From Mobula hypostoma (Eukaryota), in the NCBI RefSeq assembly GCF_963921235.1, contig NC_086101.1:62001-126000 (forward strand): a stretch of 64,000 nucleotides of DNA, given 5' to 3'. This document shows positions 62,403-64,000 of this stretch, one piece after another (position 1 is the stretch's first letter; every line of letters begins with the position of its first letter). A model generated the notes under the pieces. It was not told the DNA's origin, did no database searches, and saw nothing but the letters and a program-made list of their open reading frames with translations. Position numbers and translations under genes: made by a program.

Positions 62403-62778
62403 TTCCGTTAAGGTCCCACCTTCCCTTAGTACCCCATCCCTTATTTTTTTTATTATTATTTTGTTTATTTTTCTCTTTCCCTTTTTTTCTCTCTCTTTTT
62501 TCTCCCTCTGTCCCTCTCACTATAACTCCTTGCCCATCCTCTGGGCTTTCCCCCCCTCCTTTCTTCATGTCGAGGCCTCCTGTCCCATGATCCTCTCACT
62601 TCTCCAGCCTCGTAACCCTTTTGCTAATCAACTTTCCAGCTCTTGGCTCCATCCCTCCACCTCCTGTCTTCTCCTATCATTTCGGATCTCCCCCTCCCCG
62701 TCCCACTTCCAAATCTCTTACTATCTCTTCTTTTAGGTTGTCCTGACGAAGGGTCTCGGCCCGAAATGTCAACTGTAT
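62403..62778 (+). mobile_element. PLE 3' terminal region with hammerhead remnant (~62740-62774)
   Basis: Similar to 47390-47730 and rc of 17670-17960; gtc-CTGACGA-agggtctcggccc-GAAAT-GTC-aact. Confidence 0.85.
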
Positions 62779-64000
62779 ATAGGAACATAGAAAATAGGTG
62801 CAGGAGTAGGCCATTCGAGCCTGCACTGCCATTCAGTAGGATCACAGCTGATCATCCAACTCAGAACCCTGTACCTGCCTCCTCTCCACACCCGCTGATC
62901 CCTTTAGCCACAAGGGCCATATCTAACACCCTCTTAAATATAGCCAATGAACTGGCCTCAACTGTTTCCTGTGGCAGAGAATTCCACAGATTCACCACTG
63001 TCTGTGAGAAGAAGTTTTTCCTCATCTCGATCCTAAAAGGCTTCCCCTTTATCCTCAAACTGTGACCCCTTGTCCTGGAAAGATATCTGTTTTCCTGTTC
63101 TTGCCACCAAAGTGGATAATCTCACATTTAACCACATTAAATTGCATCTGCCATGAATTTGCCCACTCACCTAACCTATCCAAGTCACCCTGCATCTGTC
63201 AGCATCCTCCTCACAGCTAACACTGCCGCCCAGCTTCGTGTCATCCGCAAACTTGGAGATGCTGCATTTAATTCCCTCATCTAAGTCATTAATATATATT
63301 GTAAACAACTGGGGTCCCAGCACTGAGCCTTGCGGTACCCCGCTAGTCACTGCCTGCCATTCTGAAAAGGTCCCGTTTATTCCCACTCTTTGCTTCCTGT
63401 CTGCCAACCAATTCTCTATCCACATCAATACCATACCCCCAATACTGTGTGCTTTAAGTTTGCACACTAATCTCCTGTGTGGGACCTTGTCAAAAGCCTT
63501 TTGAAAATCCAAATATACTGCATGCACTGGTTCTCCCCTACCCACTCTACTAGTCACATCCTCAAAAAAATTCTATGAGATTCGTCAGACATGATTTTCC
63601 TTTCACAAATCCATGCTGACTTTGTCCGATGATTTCAACGCTTTCCAAATGTGCTGTTATCACATCTTTGATAACTCACTCTAGCATTTTCCCCACCACC
63701 GATGTCAGGCTAACCGGTCTATACTTCCCCGGTTTCTCACTCCCTCCTTTTTTAAAAAGCGGGGTTACATTAGCCACCCACCAATCCTCAGGAACTAATC
63801 CAAAATCTTAAGAGTTTTAGAAAATAGGTGCAGGAGTAGGCCATTTGGCCCTTCGAGCCTGCACCGCCATTCAGTATGATCATGGCTGATCATCCAACTC
63901 AGAACCCTGTACCAGCCTTCCCTCTATACCTCCGATCCCTTTAGTCACAAGGGCCGTATCTAACTCCCTCTTAAATATAGCCAATGAACTGGCCTCAACT
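62779..64000 (-). mobile_element. CR1 (subfamily D-like) fragments: 62779-63820 with internal deletion at ~63080, and a second 3' end from ~63820 running off the window
   Basis: Tails cctattttct at 62790-62799 and 63819-63828; [18 protein letters not shown] in ORF 63171-63557. Confidence 0.92.

Overview
Vertebrate genomic DNA, most likely a cartilaginous fish (inferred from the repeat families; not verified by search). The backbone is a cluster of tandemly/invertedly duplicated C2H2 zinc-finger gene cassettes: copy A (+, promoter ~16.9-17.3 kb, 12-repeat ORF 22061-23128), copy B (-, ORF 58153-59130, promoter beyond the right edge), copy C (-, promoter ~33.1-33.4 kb, finger array missing) and an intron fragment of a fourth copy at 1-195. 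Most of the remaining sequence is nested retroelements: at least four CR1 LINE subfamilies, Rex/Babar-like and L1-like LINE fragments, Penelope-like elements (PLEs) carrying minimal hammerhead ribozymes (three inserted as inverted/palindromic structures with 11-14 bp TSDs), a Gmr1-type gypsy element (IN before RT) with related LTRs, and a decayed class I (gamma/epsilon-like) endogenous retrovirus at ~9.3-15.1 kb. Removing a 1461-nt nested insertion from the ERV restores an in-frame domain between protease and RT with two PHVTL motifs 63 residues apart, i.e. a candidate 2H phosphoesterase. The inserted element is itself a 436-nt non-autonomous PLE derivative bounded by two tandem hammerheads (retrozyme-like). 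All calls are by eye; no database search was run.
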